From Octopus vulgaris (lineage: Eukaryota): 64,000 nucleotides of DNA. A model generated the notes under the pieces. That model did no database searches, was not told the origin of the DNA, and worked only from the letters and a program-made list of their open reading frames with translations. Below are positions 1 through 14,764 of the stretch, one piece after another (position 1 is the stretch's first letter; each line of letters starts with the position of its first letter). Location of the stretch: assembly GCA_951406725.2 (NCBI GenBank), contig OX597829.1, forward strand, positions 29,946,001-30,010,000, in the 5' to 3' direction. The position numbers and the translations under genes were made by a program.

Positions 1-334
1 GATTGTAATTGGCATATATTTCACCCTGATTCATTGGTATGACTATGATTAAGAAGTTTTCTTCTCAGTCACATTGTTTCGGGCTCAGTCCCACTGTGTG
101 GCACCTTGGGCAGGTGTCTTCCACTATATCCTCTGGCTGATCAAAGCCTTGTGAATGGATTTGATAGAAGGAAGCCTGTTATGTGTGAATGTGTTTGTGT
201 CTCCTTGTCTTGACAATGCTTGATTGTTGTAAATGAATGTCATTCGTTTCCAGTATTCTGTGAAAACATGTCACCAAAATTTTTAATAAACCATTCAATC
301 ATGGAAAAGAGGGTATTAAAATGATTGGTGATGT

Positions 335-558
335 TTAACCCATTAGCATTTAAACCAACTATTTCTGGCCCAAATATTCTTCCTGTTTTCTGTTCAAACT
401 GGCCAGATCTAGTCTTTCATTTCTACCCTACAATGTCATTCTAAAATTAAACAGTCACATCATCAAAATCTTGGATCTACAAGATAATGCAGGATTAATT
501 CAAAATGATGTGAATAAGCAGTACATTTGATTGACTAGTGTGAATACTAGAAGCTTAA
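335..558 (-). mobile_element. piggyBac-like TTAA MITE, about 225 bp
   Basis: TTAA-CCCATTAGCATTTAAAC left end and a degenerate ...AGC-TTAA right end. Body is reverse-complementary to the copies at 43291 and 62115. Confidence 0.7.
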
Positions 559-595
559 ATATTGTCATGCCAGAAATTCTGTTGATCTGTTGTAT

Positions 596-931
596 AAGGC
601 GGCGAGCTGGCAGATATGTTAGCGCACTGGGCGATGGTTGACTTTGCCTTTCATCCTTTCAGGGTCAGTTAAATAAGTACCAGTTATGCACTGGGGTCGA
701 TATAATCAACTTAATCTGTTTGTCCTCTCTGTGTTTAGCCCCTTGTGGGTAGTAAAGAAATAGGTATTTCGTCTGCCGTTATGTTCTAAGTTCAAATTCT
801 GCCGAGGTTGACTTTGCCTTTCATCCTTTCGGGGTCAATAAATTAAGTACCAGTTACACACTGGGGTCAATCTAATCGACTTAAACTCTTTGTCTGTCCT
901 TATTTAGCCTCTTGTTGGCAATAAAGAAATA
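596..931 (+). mobile_element. tRNA-derived SINE family A, dimeric or nested copy
   Basis: Head AAGGCGGCGAGCTGGCAG; core GACTTTGCCTTTCATCCTTTC..GGTC..TAAATAAGTACCAG present twice. 18-bp TSD AGAAATTCTGTTGATCTG at 572-589 and 932-949. Confidence 0.9.
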
Positions 932-2239
932 AGAAATTCTGTTGATCTGGTCAGCAGCTGCTTCAAATGCATAGTGGAAGACAATTTTTTTATAATATGG
1001 TTGTAGAAGCTGCAACTTATGGCACAATTTTTACATAAACAGATAATCTTTCCAATAGTTATTGTTCAGTATTGTGACAGATGTATTGAATTCAGGAAAA
1101 CCCTAGTGTGGAGGACAAGGTTTTAACTATGTATATGTAGAGCCTGTGTGGGATGAGGAATGTTTAATTTAGTTATGTAAGACTTCCATAAAGTGACGTT
1201 ATTAATCTATATTTCTTATATGAATCCAAACCTACATTTATCTAAAGGAAAAAAAGTCTTGTTTTAAAGGTTAGTTTAGTTAGAGGATCACAAAACTCTG
1301 GTTTCTTTCTAAAAAAAACAAAAAAAAAAAAAAACACTGTTGCTTCCAGGAAAATGTTCAGGCATTTTTTTTTATGTATGGCTTTTGTCTAAATGTGGCT
1401 GTACCTGTTAGTTTTGAAACATCATCTGTTGAGAAATGTCAATGTACCTAAAGAAATAATAGTTAAATTTCCCTCAAAAAAAAAAAAAAAGAGAGTGAGA
1501 GAGAACATTAGATAGCAAATGTATATACTTCCAAAAAGACTGGAATGTCTTTGATAATTGGTCAGTAGGTCAGTTCAGTTAAGGTTGAGCAAGCATTAGG
1601 CTACAATCTTGACTTGTTCCTTAAGTTAGTTATTAAGAAGAAATCCCACTATTGACAAAAATTAGTACAGTTCTCATTTACTCTGTTCAAACGATTAAAA
1701 GTCAAGTGAGTGGTTCATCTGTTAATTATAGGTTATTTAATAATTAGAGAGAGAGAGAAGTTGGCTGAGATCATAAAATTCTAGATTAGGCACAAGCAAC
1801 CATTTTTGAGAAATGAGCTGCATGAGACATTCAAGTTTATTGCACTACTAAAGAAATTCATGGTGATTTTTTTTTTTTTTTTTTTTTTTTTGCATTTCAT
1901 TCAGAAAGTCCTGTGAGCCACTGTTGACCCATGATTGTTCCACATTAAATGGTTCAAAGTATTTTGTCCTCCTAAGTTTTGGATTCAAGGCTTGATGTTA
2001 TTGATTGACTTTCAGTTCTCCCAGTCAAATTTGTGTCAGTATTTTATTGGTATCTGTTTATGTGACTGAATTGCACCTCATCCAGCAACTATTTATGAAG
2101 TAACAAAAATTATGGGAAATTATAAGCTTAAACCTTGCTGTTCATCATTCTGAAACTGATAAAAACAACAAATATCATTTCTCCCTCAAACATTGTTTGT
2201 CTCTGTAGACAAGGGGTTAAAAATAAACTGTTTATCTAA

Positions 2240-2478
2240 AAACACCATCCGAGCGTGGCCGTCTGCCAGCCTCGTCTGGCACCTGTGTCGGTGGCACATA
2301 AAATCACCCACTAGACTCTCGGAGTGGTTGGCGTTAGGAAGGGCATCCAGCTGTAGAAACACTGCCAGATCTGACTGGCCTGGTGCAGCCCTCGAGCTTG
2401 CCAGACCCCAGTTGAACCGTCCAACCCATGCTAGCATGGAAAGCGGACGTTAAATGATGATGATGATGATGATGATGA
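2240..2478 (+). mobile_element. SINE or LINE-tail family C with (GAT)n tail
   Basis: GTTGGCGTTAGGAAGGGCATCCAGCTGTAGAAAC ... GCATGGAAAGCGGACGTTAAA(TGA)n. Explains the ORFs at 2186 and 2193. Related pieces at about 2490-2690, 10080-10340, 12880-13010 and 14550-14680. Confidence 0.85.
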
Positions 2479-5400
2479 CAACTTCTCTAGTGCTGGCTGC
2501 AATATGACATGCACCCAGTATACTCTGTAAAATCACTTGCGTTAGGAACCATGCCAAAAATGGAATGTTTTGTGCAAGATCTGACTTTCCAACTTGTCTA
2601 AAAGGACAATAGTTTCAAATGAGAATTGGTCAAATTGTGATGATCTGTCCAGCCATGCCAGCATAGTAAGTGGATTTAAAATGAATTTGGTACAGTGAGT
2701 GGACAGCCTGTAGTTGGCACTAGATGAAATTGTTTACAAGTTTCTTTTTTATTTTCAGCTTAATCTCAACAACTTTTTGCCATTTTCACTTCAGTAAAGA
2801 ATTCAGTAATACACTGAATTCAGTGTAATTCACTGTGATACTCCTGTTGAAATATATGTCCTCTGTTTAAGCAAGGAATCGCTGTTGTTTTAGTAGGATT
2901 CCAATTGTTTGGTAGATAGGGTTATTAACATATGATATCTCTAATGGTTGCTTCCACTGAATTCTTATTTTATAAATATGGGGATATGTCTTAAAATATA
3001 AATAATATAATTTTCATGATATAGTTAAGTGGGTGGATAAGTTGTGGTAAACTTGTTACAAGAAATAGTGTTGGTTTTAGAAACAAATTTAAATATCTCA
3101 GCAGGGCTGGATGGAAAATGACTAAAATAAATAAAATTCTATCAAAGATCTATGTGTAGATTCTTTGTGAAAATGTAATTTTTAACATCCATTTTTTCTC
3201 TGCATGCATGGGGCATACAAAATTTGTTGAGGTAGATATTTCTATGACTAGATGCTCTTCCTGTTGCCAATCTTCACTTGTTTTCGGGCAAAGTTATATT
3301 GCCTATGGTCAGACACCTTTTTTATGTAAGGCTGGAAACACAACATTGCTTGGTTCAGTGGTTAGTGTCAGGCTTACAATCATGAGGTAGTGAGTTTGAT
3401 TCCTGGACTGGGCTGTGCATTGTGTTCTTGAGCAAGATACTTTTTCATGTTGCTCCAGTTCACTCAGCTATAAAAATGAGTTGTGACATCGCTAAGGCCA
3501 AACTGTATTGGCCTTTGCCTTTCCTTGGATAACATCAGTGGGGTGGAGAGGAGGTATGTATTCATGGGCAACTGCTGGTCTTCCACAACCTTGCTTGGAC
3601 TTGTGCCTTGGAGGGTAACTTTCTAGGTGCAATCCCATGTTCCACTCATCTCTTGTCTACCAGATTCACTCTCAAGGCTTTGGTTAGTATGGGACTATGG
3701 AAAAAGCCACTTTGCCTAGGTGCTACACAATGGGATTGAACCCTAGACCACATATTACAAAGCAAGCTTCTTAACCACTCAACCATGCCTGTGCCTTGAC
3801 ATTCACCCCTCCTGACACTTCCATTCACTGGTTCCACCTTCAAATCTGACTTAGCTATGACGTTATCATATTTCTATATAAAAGCTTGTCAACTTGATGT
3901 TTTTATTTTTTCATAAAGCAAAACAGCTGTAGAGAAGAAATTTAAATCACTAATCTGGTCATAGTTCAGAAAACTTAATCCTTTCTTTGGTTAATAGTGG
4001 AATATAATTGATGTGTAATGGTTAATTTTAAAATGCTATGTGACTGTGTGTCTGTTTCTGTATCTTTTATCATTTACTTATTTCAGTCATTGGACTGTGA
4101 CTATATTGGGGCATCATCTTGAAGGATTTTAGTTGAACAGGTCTACACCAGTACTTATTTTTTTAAGCCTGACGCTTATTTCGTCAGTCTCTTTTGACAA
4201 ACTGTCAATGTACAAGGACATAAACAAAACACCAGTTGTCGAGTGGTGTGGGGCAGGGGACAAATATTAATACACATACACACCTCTCTGTCTCTGTATA
4301 TCTATCTATCCATCCATCCATTTAATTATCCATCTCTCCATCCATCCATCCATCTAGTTATCTTTCTACTCATCTGGCCATCCAATGGTCTTCCATGTGG
4401 CTTCCATCTACCAAATTCATTTACAAGGTATACATTGGTCATTCAAGGGTGTGATGTAAAAAAAATTAAGAAATTTTCTTTGCTTACACACTCCCTTGAA
4501 ATTTTGGGGTAGCTATTAGATAAGCTGTAGTGGAAGACATGATAAGTAACAGTAATCTCTTAAGGAAGTATGTGTGTGATTCTATTTCACTTCCTAGAAG
4601 AACCATTTCATTTATGCTGCTAATTCTTATAGGCGAGGTTTCAAATTTTCATTTCCTCTACTTTACAAATCTGAAGTGTTAGGTTTTATTTAGAAACACA
4701 GTTTATATAAGTCAATTAATTAAGAAATTTCTACATTGTGTTTAAATTTACTGCTGCTCTCGGTAGTAGCCCAATTGCCATCAAATACAAATACCCTGTC
4801 TTTGAAATAGTCACTCTCTAGCTGATTCAGTGCATATGTAGTCATTTGACTTGCACACTGTGACAACTAAAATAATGTACTTCACATTGTCACAAGTATT
4901 ACTATAGCTAGAATACTATTTTATTTTGGTTAGCTACATGTGAATTATAGGTCTGGTGAGGCAAAGCTGATTGGAGGTTACTATTCACTGACATCAAGTG
5001 AGTAAGTGGGTTGCCTCTAAATTATATTATTTTCATCCCAGAAATAGCTGTGCATGAAAATATTAATAATAAAAATAACAACAATAATAGTTTCAAAAAT
5101 TTGGTGCAAGCCACTAATTATTTAGGAGGAGTGGGTTAGTCAGTTATGTTGACTCTAGTGCTCAACTGTTACTTCATTGAATTGACTCTGCAAGCATGAA
5201 AGCCAAAGTTGACCTCGGTGGAATTTGAACTCAGAACTTAATGAGTTTGAAAAAAAGCCGCTAAGCATTTCATCCAATGTGCTAATGATTTTGCCTGCTT
5301 GCTGCCTTTATAATTATAACAACAACAATAATGGTGGTGTTGGTGGTAGTAATGTTGGCTGAGATGACTTTTCATAAAAGGAAATCACCTGTTACTGAGG

Positions 5401-8400
5401 AGTCATACTTAGTCTGTGTTGGAACAAGTTTTACTGCTCTTTATTATTTATATTACAAGTGCGAGCGCTCTCTTTCTCTCTGTCCTTTACACAAGCACAG
5501 ACAAACATTCCCAAGACAGTTTGAGAGCACCAATAAGTGATAGTCATTTAGTAATTAAAATCTGATAAAATCTAAAGTTGAATTATTTTCTCAGATGAAA
5601 TTTAGTAATTTTGATTGGGCATACTATTTCATCTGTCTGTTTGCAAATGTGTGTGTGTGTGTGTATATGTACACCATTTTCTCTGTCTACCCCTCACACT
5701 CTACCTGTATGTACATCGACATTAAGTGTATTAGTGACTCATTTCTCCTACAGCAGGTGATGAGATAGCTGCACATACTTCTTCATACAAGTTGTAGTCA
5801 TGCATTAAGACAAGCTGACCTCTCCCTCCCTTTCCTTTCACTTTACTTTTCTCTCTCCTTTCCCTCTCTCTCTCTCTCTGTTTCTCCCTTTTCCTTTCTT
5901 TCCTCACTCTCATGTATGACACAAGTAAATTGAGAAAGTATTTTTCTTTTATAACACAATCAGAAAACCAGCAGTCATTAATGAAATCTCTTTTTTCGGA
6001 AGACTTACTTTTTATCCTTTCACTTCAAAGAATTTTGGTTTGTAAACATGCTCCACCTGTTTGTACCATCATTTATTTATCTTACTTTCTATCATGAAAT
6101 TTGCAATTGTATTATTGTGATTTAAATAATTTCTTGACAACTACTGTGTAAAATTATGTCCATTTGCATAACTTTTTATTTTTACATTAGCCATAGCACA
6201 TGTTTTCTTTAGCGAAAATCAGTGGCATGTTGATGTTCATAACATTTCTCAAATGTATTAAAACTTTTCAGTCAAAAGCATTTCTTAGGAATAAAAACCA
6301 ATTTCACATTTGTTCATTGAAAATTAAATTCTTCCCCTCAGCACTTGTCATGTGAGAACTTTAATGATTTTTTTAAGCAAAAGTTTTGCAAATAACTATT
6401 GTTAAATTTGATGTGTGTGATAAATTGAGCATTCTAAGAATTTTTGATTATCTGAATTAAGTTGTGGAATTGGTAGCAATACCATCAAAACTTGATTTAA
6501 TATGACTTGGTTTCAATTTAAACAGTTTTGTTAGCAAAAAATTTAATTTTTTGGTTAAACAATTTGCCATTTAAGTTAAGTTAAAATTTTTTAGTTGTAA
6601 AATATTTCAATAAGTTTAGATTACTCTTCACACCTTGATTTTTCTGTACATTTTATTCATGTATTTTAATCATCATCCTTCATCACAGTTGAAAAACGAA
6701 TCCTAACCAGTTGAGATTATTTTAATAACCTGATGTATATATGTATATACATACACATATTGAATTTTTCTTGTATCTTGACTCAATGTATTTCATATAA
6801 ACTTTGAGCTGTCTCGTAGTTATATATATGTGTGTGTATATGTATGTATGTATGTATATTTAAATTTATTCTCAGTCCTCTGTAGATGAAAACTATAATA
6901 TCTTCATGTCATAGTTTTTTCTGTGCAAAATAGTATCAGCTTGTTGCAAGTCTGTTGAACAGTTTTTATTCAGAGATTTATTCTCTTAGATGATTGTCTT
7001 CACTACAACACGTGAGAACCATCTATTGATGACTAAGCTCAATGGCCATTGACTCCTGAGTTCTTCCTCATCTTTGATGTGTCCTATTTCTCATCCTGTG
7101 GGGTGTTCCAAAAATCACCCTCCTCATCAAGCAAGCTTGGTGGTGTTGCTAGTTTAGTTACCAACCATGCAACAGCTTGTACTGGGTTACATGTTACCAG
7201 TTGAGCAAGAGCAACCTGACACACAAGAGGGCCTGACATATATGTATATATGCATGCATGTGTGTATGCATATTGCTTCAAATTTTTATACAAGGCCAGC
7301 AATTTTAGGAGAAGCGGGTTAGTCAGTTACATCTACCCCAATATTTGACTGGTGTACTTATTGACTCTGAAAGGATGAAAGGAAAAGCTTACTTTAATAG
7401 GATTTGAACTCAATACAAAAAGCCAGAAGAAATGCCACTGAGCATTTTGTCTGATACGCTAACAGTTCTACTAGCTTGCCTTTTATGTGTTCATCCATTT
7501 TAGGTCAATTTATTAAATTTATATCGAAGTTTTAATATATAATATTGTATTTAAAGAATATTAAAGAAAAGTAATTTCTTTTATATATAAAATTAAATAC
7601 AAATGAATTATGTTAGTATATTATATTTTGTGTGTGTATGTGTGTGTGTGTGTGTGTGTGTGTAGAAGAAGCTGAATTTTATGAAACCCACCAATATACA
7701 GATTTGTAGAATTGAGCTGTTTCCTGGTACTGTCTTCCATTTTGTACATTTATTCTTTTTCCAACTATAGAAATTCCAGTTTCTATATATGAAAGAATCT
7801 AAATTTCTTTCATTTCATTTAAGCTGTGAAATATTTGTAGTAAAAATGTGAAGTTATAAGTTATTAAATCTAGTGATAGAAAAAAATTTTTTTTGCTGAT
7901 AATAGAATTGATGTGCATAATATGATGAAGCTATAATGATGGCTCTCTTGCATGACATCTTCACAACTATTGCACTGGATTCTCTTCATTAATTAATTTT
8001 AATTTCTTACTTGGTGGTAAACTTTTAACCTAGTCTAATTTTGATTATAGGGTAAATAATTAGTTTTCTGTTAAAGCATAAGTTGAACTCTGAGGAATCA
8101 GTCCGTGTCAAGGCAATTCTGTATCACATTTCGAATTAGTCTTTAGGTAGAGTCCATGCACTTTTACTACAATTATCATACTAAGGCTTTTATACATTTT
8201 TATTTTATTTTTTATCTTTCTTCCTAACTTTTTAGAAGGGCTACTTATTCAGCATTTTTAGAAAATAAAAATAAAATAAAAAGTAATTATCCACTGATCT
8301 TTTGACAGTTAATGATATGGAGACTTTGGTCGACAGGCAACTGTTGAGTCTTTTTGTTGAAGATGATGAGACATTTGTTGTTTGAGTCCAAGGTAAAAAT

Positions 8401-11400
8401 AGACTAATTCAAAGGTGACTGAAACAAAGCAGGCTGTGGTAGTGGAACATGGGTTGTTTTTTTTTTTTGAAAGTGCAAGAGAGTTTAGTATAAGGTGGTC
8501 ATTAACAAAGGACTTTAATACATTGTTGTTGGAGAGAAGGGTAGTGGTAGTGGCTTGAAGCAGAAAATACATTGGCTGATAAACTTGTTTCTTTTGGTGA
8601 TTAACATAATTTGATATTTCTTTCAATAAACATAGACAATCACTTAACTAGGAAGTGAATGAATAATTTTATTTTTTTTTTTTATCTAATCTAATAACGA
8701 CTACTCATGGACAGCAAACAATACCCCCCCTCCTCTTGATATTTGTTTTTAAAAGCTGGAAATGTTTGCTAAATTATAATTGACATGACTCATTAATTTC
8801 CCTTAATATTATAGAAAAAAAAAGGTAAATAATGGCTTTAAAATCAAACACATATTAATGTTGCTAATATCAATTTCCTCCTCAGTGCTTAGATATTCAA
8901 AATATACTGTACTTTTCTTATAAATATTTTCCCCATAAGTCATTATTTACTAAATATAAGGTTATTGCTGATTAATTGTGAGAAAATGTATCTTAATATA
9001 ACTCTGTGAGTCTAATTCACATAATAAGTTTTTAAATGAGGTTTTGTTTTTGGTGAGGAACAAAAAGGGAAAATATATCAAATCAACTGAATGCTTTGAG
9101 AAAAATATTCATTTAAAATATATTTCTGAAAATAAATTAATTACTTAATATGATTTTGCACTTGAATATTGTAGCATAAATTTAACTGCAAGTCATACCG
9201 ACCTGGTAAAAGTGATTTAAAGTTTTTTCTTGCATAGATACAAAACCTCAGATTTATGGTGGTGGGAATAAGTTTTTCTATGTGTGTATTAGTTCCATGA
9301 GAGGTTAAGTAGCATCAGTCTTGAATTGAAACTCTTTCTACATTCAGTTGGTGCTTATCAGTAGTTTAAAATGTTAGAAATAAACAAGATTGGTATTTTA
9401 ATCACAGACTTTTATGCATTTTCCTTCATAGTACTGTATAAAGAAATTGCTTTTAAAATAAAACAGAATTTTGTTTCATAAAATAACTAGTTTTTTTTTT
9501 TTTTGTTAAAATTTTAATTTTAAGAATTATGCATGTGTTACCTCTTTGTTACATTATAATATAAAACTGTTTAATAAGATATAGTCACCTAAGCTGATAT
9601 ATATTAACACCTAAAATGTATACTGCATTGAAAAGTGAGTAGTTATAAGGCTTTTTCTGAATTATGATTTCATCTATCTGATAATTTTTTAAAAAACATC
9701 GTGGGATATGTTGTTTAGATAATATCTCTAGGATAAATAGCTTGGCAGAATTTGCAGACTCTAATTTCCTTTTGTCAACCTATGGAAGAATTTGAATTTG
9801 GCAATATAACTTAAGCTTTTCACTGCTTTTTGTGACTTTAGTTAAATACAACAGCCTGTTAAGAAATTTAACTAGTCAAATTAAACAGTGTCTATAAAGC
9901 TTTATTTTCCAACATTAATTTATTTACTCAGGGAACCAAGTAGCATTGCAAGGGTTAATGTAAATGCACAATAGCTGTATCTTGCTCTTTGCAAATATGT
10001 AAACTTTTTCACTTTGAGGGGTTGCAATTTATTGGCTTAAATGTCTGCACCTATTTTTAAAATTCCTTGTCTTGCAAGGTGACTCTGCCAGTGCTAGTGC
10101 CACGTAAAAAGCATCCAGTCCATACTGTGAAGTGGTTGGTATTTGGAAGGTCATCCTGCTGTAAAAACCATTCTAAACCTGACCTCACCTGTGCTGGTGC
10201 TATGTATAAAGCACTCAGTCCACTCAGCAGGGTGGTTGGTGTTAGGAAGGTTGTTCAACCATAAAAGCCATGCCAGAACAGACATGGTAGCCTGGTGTAG
10301 TCTTCTACTTGGCCAGCAGATATTTCACATTGATGATGACAGACAATAAATATTAAATGAATCTCTGCCAGTTTTGATGATGGAAATTCAGTTGTTCAGT
10401 CAACTGAATTACCTACTGCTTGAATTAAAATTTAAGGGTCCTAATATTCTACAGCTACATGTACCCTTAATGTAATCCTCAAGCAGAATCAATATGATGC
10501 AGTGTGTGACAAGGCTGGATTTTTCAAATTAAAGGTACAGTCCATTCTGCACAGTTTCTATCTAAGCAGTTTCATTCACACAGTTTGGAATGACTTTAGG
10601 CAGTGGTTAAAAAACAAAAAGCAAATTTGCTATAGGTGCTGCATAGTGGGATCAAACCCAGAACCTTGTGATTCCAAATAGAACTTCTTAACCTTTCAAT
10701 CATGTTACATCTAATGTAGCACTAATGATGACAGGATGAGACTTTGTCTGGAGAGAAAAATGGATCATATGTTCATATTGTTCATGTATTTGCTATGAAA
10801 TATCACTATAGCTCACACTTCCTTCAAAATATAAAATTGTTGGCCAATCTGACATTACTGCCTGAAGGTGATGGCAGATAATTGCATTTATTTCTTATTG
10901 TTTCATGTCACAAGTGACATTAATCAGCAATATTATTATGTAGCTGTTCTGGTAAAAACGTTAAGATTTTAAAGTGATGTTGATACATTAGTCTTAATTA
11001 GAAATTATAAGTTTCAATTTATGTGTGTGTGTGTGTGTGTGAAAGAGAGAGAGAGAGATAATGACCAATTGGGTAAAGAAATAAATTTAGTAAAACCATG
11101 TTTTTGAAGGTTAAATTTAAATGTCTATTTCAGACTCAGTCCAGGAAATGCATTTGTAGTCCAAATTGGGAAACATGTACACACACATACACACATTCAT
11201 GGAAAATTTAAATTATTTTGTTAGTCTTTATATTTAAAAAAAAATCATAATTGTTTTTGGCATAAATGCTTGTTTTTGTTTAAGCCCCAGGTCTGACATA
11301 ACCAAGTAGCAGTTTAATCAAAGAATTTCTGGTCAATGCCATTGTCTTTTAATGATTAGCTTGAACTACATTATTCTATGTGGTAGGGTGTGACTTGAGA

Positions 11401-11519
11401 GAAATTTAGTTGATTTTTCTAGCAGGTTGAGTAACTATATAGGAGGCTTCATTGTTGTGTAGTTCTGTTAAGAGATGATAAAATCAAGTGGTTTACTCTC
11501 AATATATTACTGATACTGA

Positions 11520-11719
11520 GGTGAGGAGCTGGCAGAATCATTAGCACATCAGGCTTAGTAGCATTTTTACAATCTGAGTTCAAATTCTGCTGAGGTCAGC
11601 TTTTCCTTTCATCCTTTTGGAGTTGATAAAATAAGTACCAGTTGACCACAGGGGTGAAAATAATCAACTTATACCCCCTGCCCAATTTCTGGCCTTGTGC
11701 CAAAATTTGAAAGCAATAA
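11520..11719 (+). mobile_element. SINE family A, short-tail variant
   Basis: Same head and core with the tail ...GGCCTTGTGCCAAAATTTGAAA; 14-bp TSD ATTACTGATACTGA at 11506-11519 and 11720-11733. Similar minus-strand copies at about 5095-5310 and 7275-7482. Confidence 0.85.
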
Positions 11720-13700
11720 ATTACTGATACTGATTTTGCTAACTCAGTCAATGGAGGCCAAATCAAAATGCACAATTTTTTAAATACTTTTATTAGTCAT
11801 ATAGCGATAATTCTTTTGATTATTCAAATTATGTTTTCAGTAGTTGTTTTTTGTGGATTATTTAATGTCTCCATAATTTCTGACTTTTCAGTTAAGTTTT
11901 ATCTGTTCTTCACAGATGTTTTTCAATTATTTAGCATTTTCTTAGAGTTGTGTTGAATTGAACCAAAGACATGAAAGTGAGCATAGCCAAAACTAAGCTA
12001 CTGTATTAGAGACCGACTGCATGAAGGATGTAGTCTGGTGCATTGTCTAAGAAACAAATTACCAGCTTCATTAGTGAGTTCTTAGTTGATGGAATATGTC
12101 TTTAGTCAGCTCAGAAAAATTAACCATTCTTTTAAGTATATCAATTAAATTAGACTGGAATATGAATCATAAACCATGTCTCTGAATTTCTTGGTTGACT
12201 TGCTTTCAGTAAAAGATATCTTCTATATATAAGTGGTAATGTTCAGTTTGAGGTACATGTAAGATATTCCATAATCTACTTCTTTCTGCAAGAAGCAAAA
12301 TGTTTCTTGTTCTGTTTGTCAGTCCCTCTCTTTCTCCCTCCTTCCCTCTCAGAGCAGACTAAGGAGTGGGGTAATATGTAAGATAGTGTATACTAGGAGT
12401 TTGAATTCTCTAAAGAGGAATTAGATGTGCAGTGCTTAGATGAGAGAAAAACTGAATGCAAGCAAAGATAAGTGATTCAGAAGACAAGCAGATATTTGGT
12501 CGGATGACGTAAATGGAGGATTAAAAAGGGTGGGGGTGAGGGTAAAAATATTTATTCGCTGTGAAAGAACAGATATTACTGATTTGTGAACTCTGGTATT
12601 ACAGAGGCAATTATGCAGTCCAAAATGAGGAAGGTTTATTTGGTTTCTGTAAATATATCCTGCTAATGTCATCATGTTAAAAAAAAAAAACAGGCATAAA
12701 AGTGTTACCTTCAGCAATAAATTATTTACTAGAACTTTCTATTATAGGTGGATGTTGAGACACTATATCTCAAAGGGCATTATTGATTAGCTGAGATGTT
12801 CTGATGGCTAAGTAGTCAATAGTGAAGTAATAGCATTGATACTATGTTATTGCTGTTTAATTTTGCGTTCCTGTCAGTTATCATCATCATCATCATTATT
12901 TTTGTTGGTTTTTAATGTTCATTTTTTACATCTTTGCATGGTTTGGATGGAATTCATTGTGGCAGAATTTCTATGTCTGGATATCCTTCCTATTATCAAC
13001 TCTCACCTCTTTCTAAGTAAGGTAATAATTCTCACTGGCCAGACATATTTTTCATGGAAGATTGGAAACAAAGGATGCCATTTGTAGGACAGTAACACTC
13101 TTTTACATCTGTCATACAATATCAAGACAGAGATTCTAACATATATATGATGAGCTTCTTTCAGTTTGTGACTACCAAATTCCATTCACAAGGCATTGGT
13201 CAGCTCAAGGCTATAGTAGAGGGTGCTAGCCACTGTATCATGCAGTGGGACTGAACCTGGAGCCATGTAGCAAACTTCTTAACCACATAGCCATACTTGT
13301 CCAGCAATTTTTATTTGATGGAAATTTGTGTGGAGAAGGGTGAGGAAGAGAGTTTTAGATACCCAGATTAGCAGCTCAATTATATCCATAAGACAATAAC
13401 AAATCACAACTAAAATCATCACACACACAAACATGTGTGCACGCTCCATGGTACAGGTATTTGGTTTAATCGTCTCTTGAATTCTTATGATGACTTAGCA
13501 TATTTCACATTCCTTTCACTGCATCACAAAGGTGAGATTTCCTTTTCAAGGCCAGAATAAAGTTGTTGACAACATACTTTGTACAAATATTAGATACACC
13601 AGAATATTGCTTCCACATCTAAGATAGTTCTATCACATAGACTTATTTGGTCAGTTCTTTATTTAGCTCTCTTTATTATTATTTCTTTCTAAGTCTTTCT

Positions 13701-13933
13701 TGTTTCTTTACTGCCCACAAGGGATTAAACATAGAGGGGACAAACAAGGACAGACAAAGGGATTAAGTCAATTACATCGACCTCAGTGCGTAACTGGTAC
13801 TTATTTAATTGAACCCGAAAGGATGAAAAGCTAAGTTGACCTCGGCGGAATTTGAACTCAGAACGTAATGACAGACGAAATACCACTAAGCATTTTGCCT
13901 GACGTGTTAACGTTTCTGCCGGCTCAACGCCTT
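13701..13933 (-). mobile_element. SINE family A, full-length, minus strand
   Basis: Reverse complement of the 22411 copy; about 21-bp near-perfect TSD TATTTCTT(T/A)CTAAGTCTTTCT. Confidence 0.9.
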
Positions 13934-14764
13934 ATTTCTTACTAAGTCTTTCTATCATAACTGTAAGATTTCTGTCCCTGAATTTGCTAACTCTGTGTAC
14001 CATTTTTTCATAAATCCTGTCTTTCTTTCTTCCTTCTTACAACTGAGTGGACTCCACAAAAGGCTCTGCACCTTACACCTCAACACATAACTCAATTCTT
14101 CTGGTTCAATTCTGCATTCTTTCTGAACTTCAAACTAAACATAATCTGACATTGCTTTTCATATTAAATTAGATTAAGCTGATAACAAAATCATTAAGGT
14201 ACACGATACTGTGTATATTAATGTCCATTTGGTACAGGTGTAGGTACACAGTTAGGAAGCTCATTTGGGAACCATGTGGATTGAGATTTGTTCTCGATAT
14301 GTGAACATTACCGGCTGGTGTCCTCTACTATGATTGCAAGTTGACCAATAGCTTATGAGTGAAATTTTGTAAATGGAAACTGTGTTTTGTGTGTATGTAT
14401 AGATATGCGTGTGTAAGAGATAGCCTGTATTCCCCTTGTCTTATGCACTCTGATTGTAAACACAGTTACTTTTCATGTAAATAGTGTTATTTGTTTGCAA
14501 TCCTCTTCAATTGCATGTCTGGGCTATTTGTTTGATAGACAAGAGGAAATATTACCTTGCTTAGAAACAGGTGAGGGTCAATGACAGGAAGAGTATCTGG
14601 CTGTACAAAAGTGTCTCAACATCTTATCTGGTTCATGCAAGTCTGGTAAAGTAGATGTTAAGATATGATGATGATTATTAATGTCCAATTGAACATTTTT
14701 ATTTATTTTTTTGTAAGATCTCAAATCAAATATTTGCTTTGTGTTAGGAATGTTTTCTTCTTTT

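Noticed and set aside
5912-5930. ATG TAT GAC ACA A|GTAAAT (MYDT), resembling the human KLC1 start MYDN
   Set aside because: The donor is phase 1, incompatible with the 44406 acceptor (it would fit only the uncertain 36003 acceptor). A 3-residue match is expected by chance.
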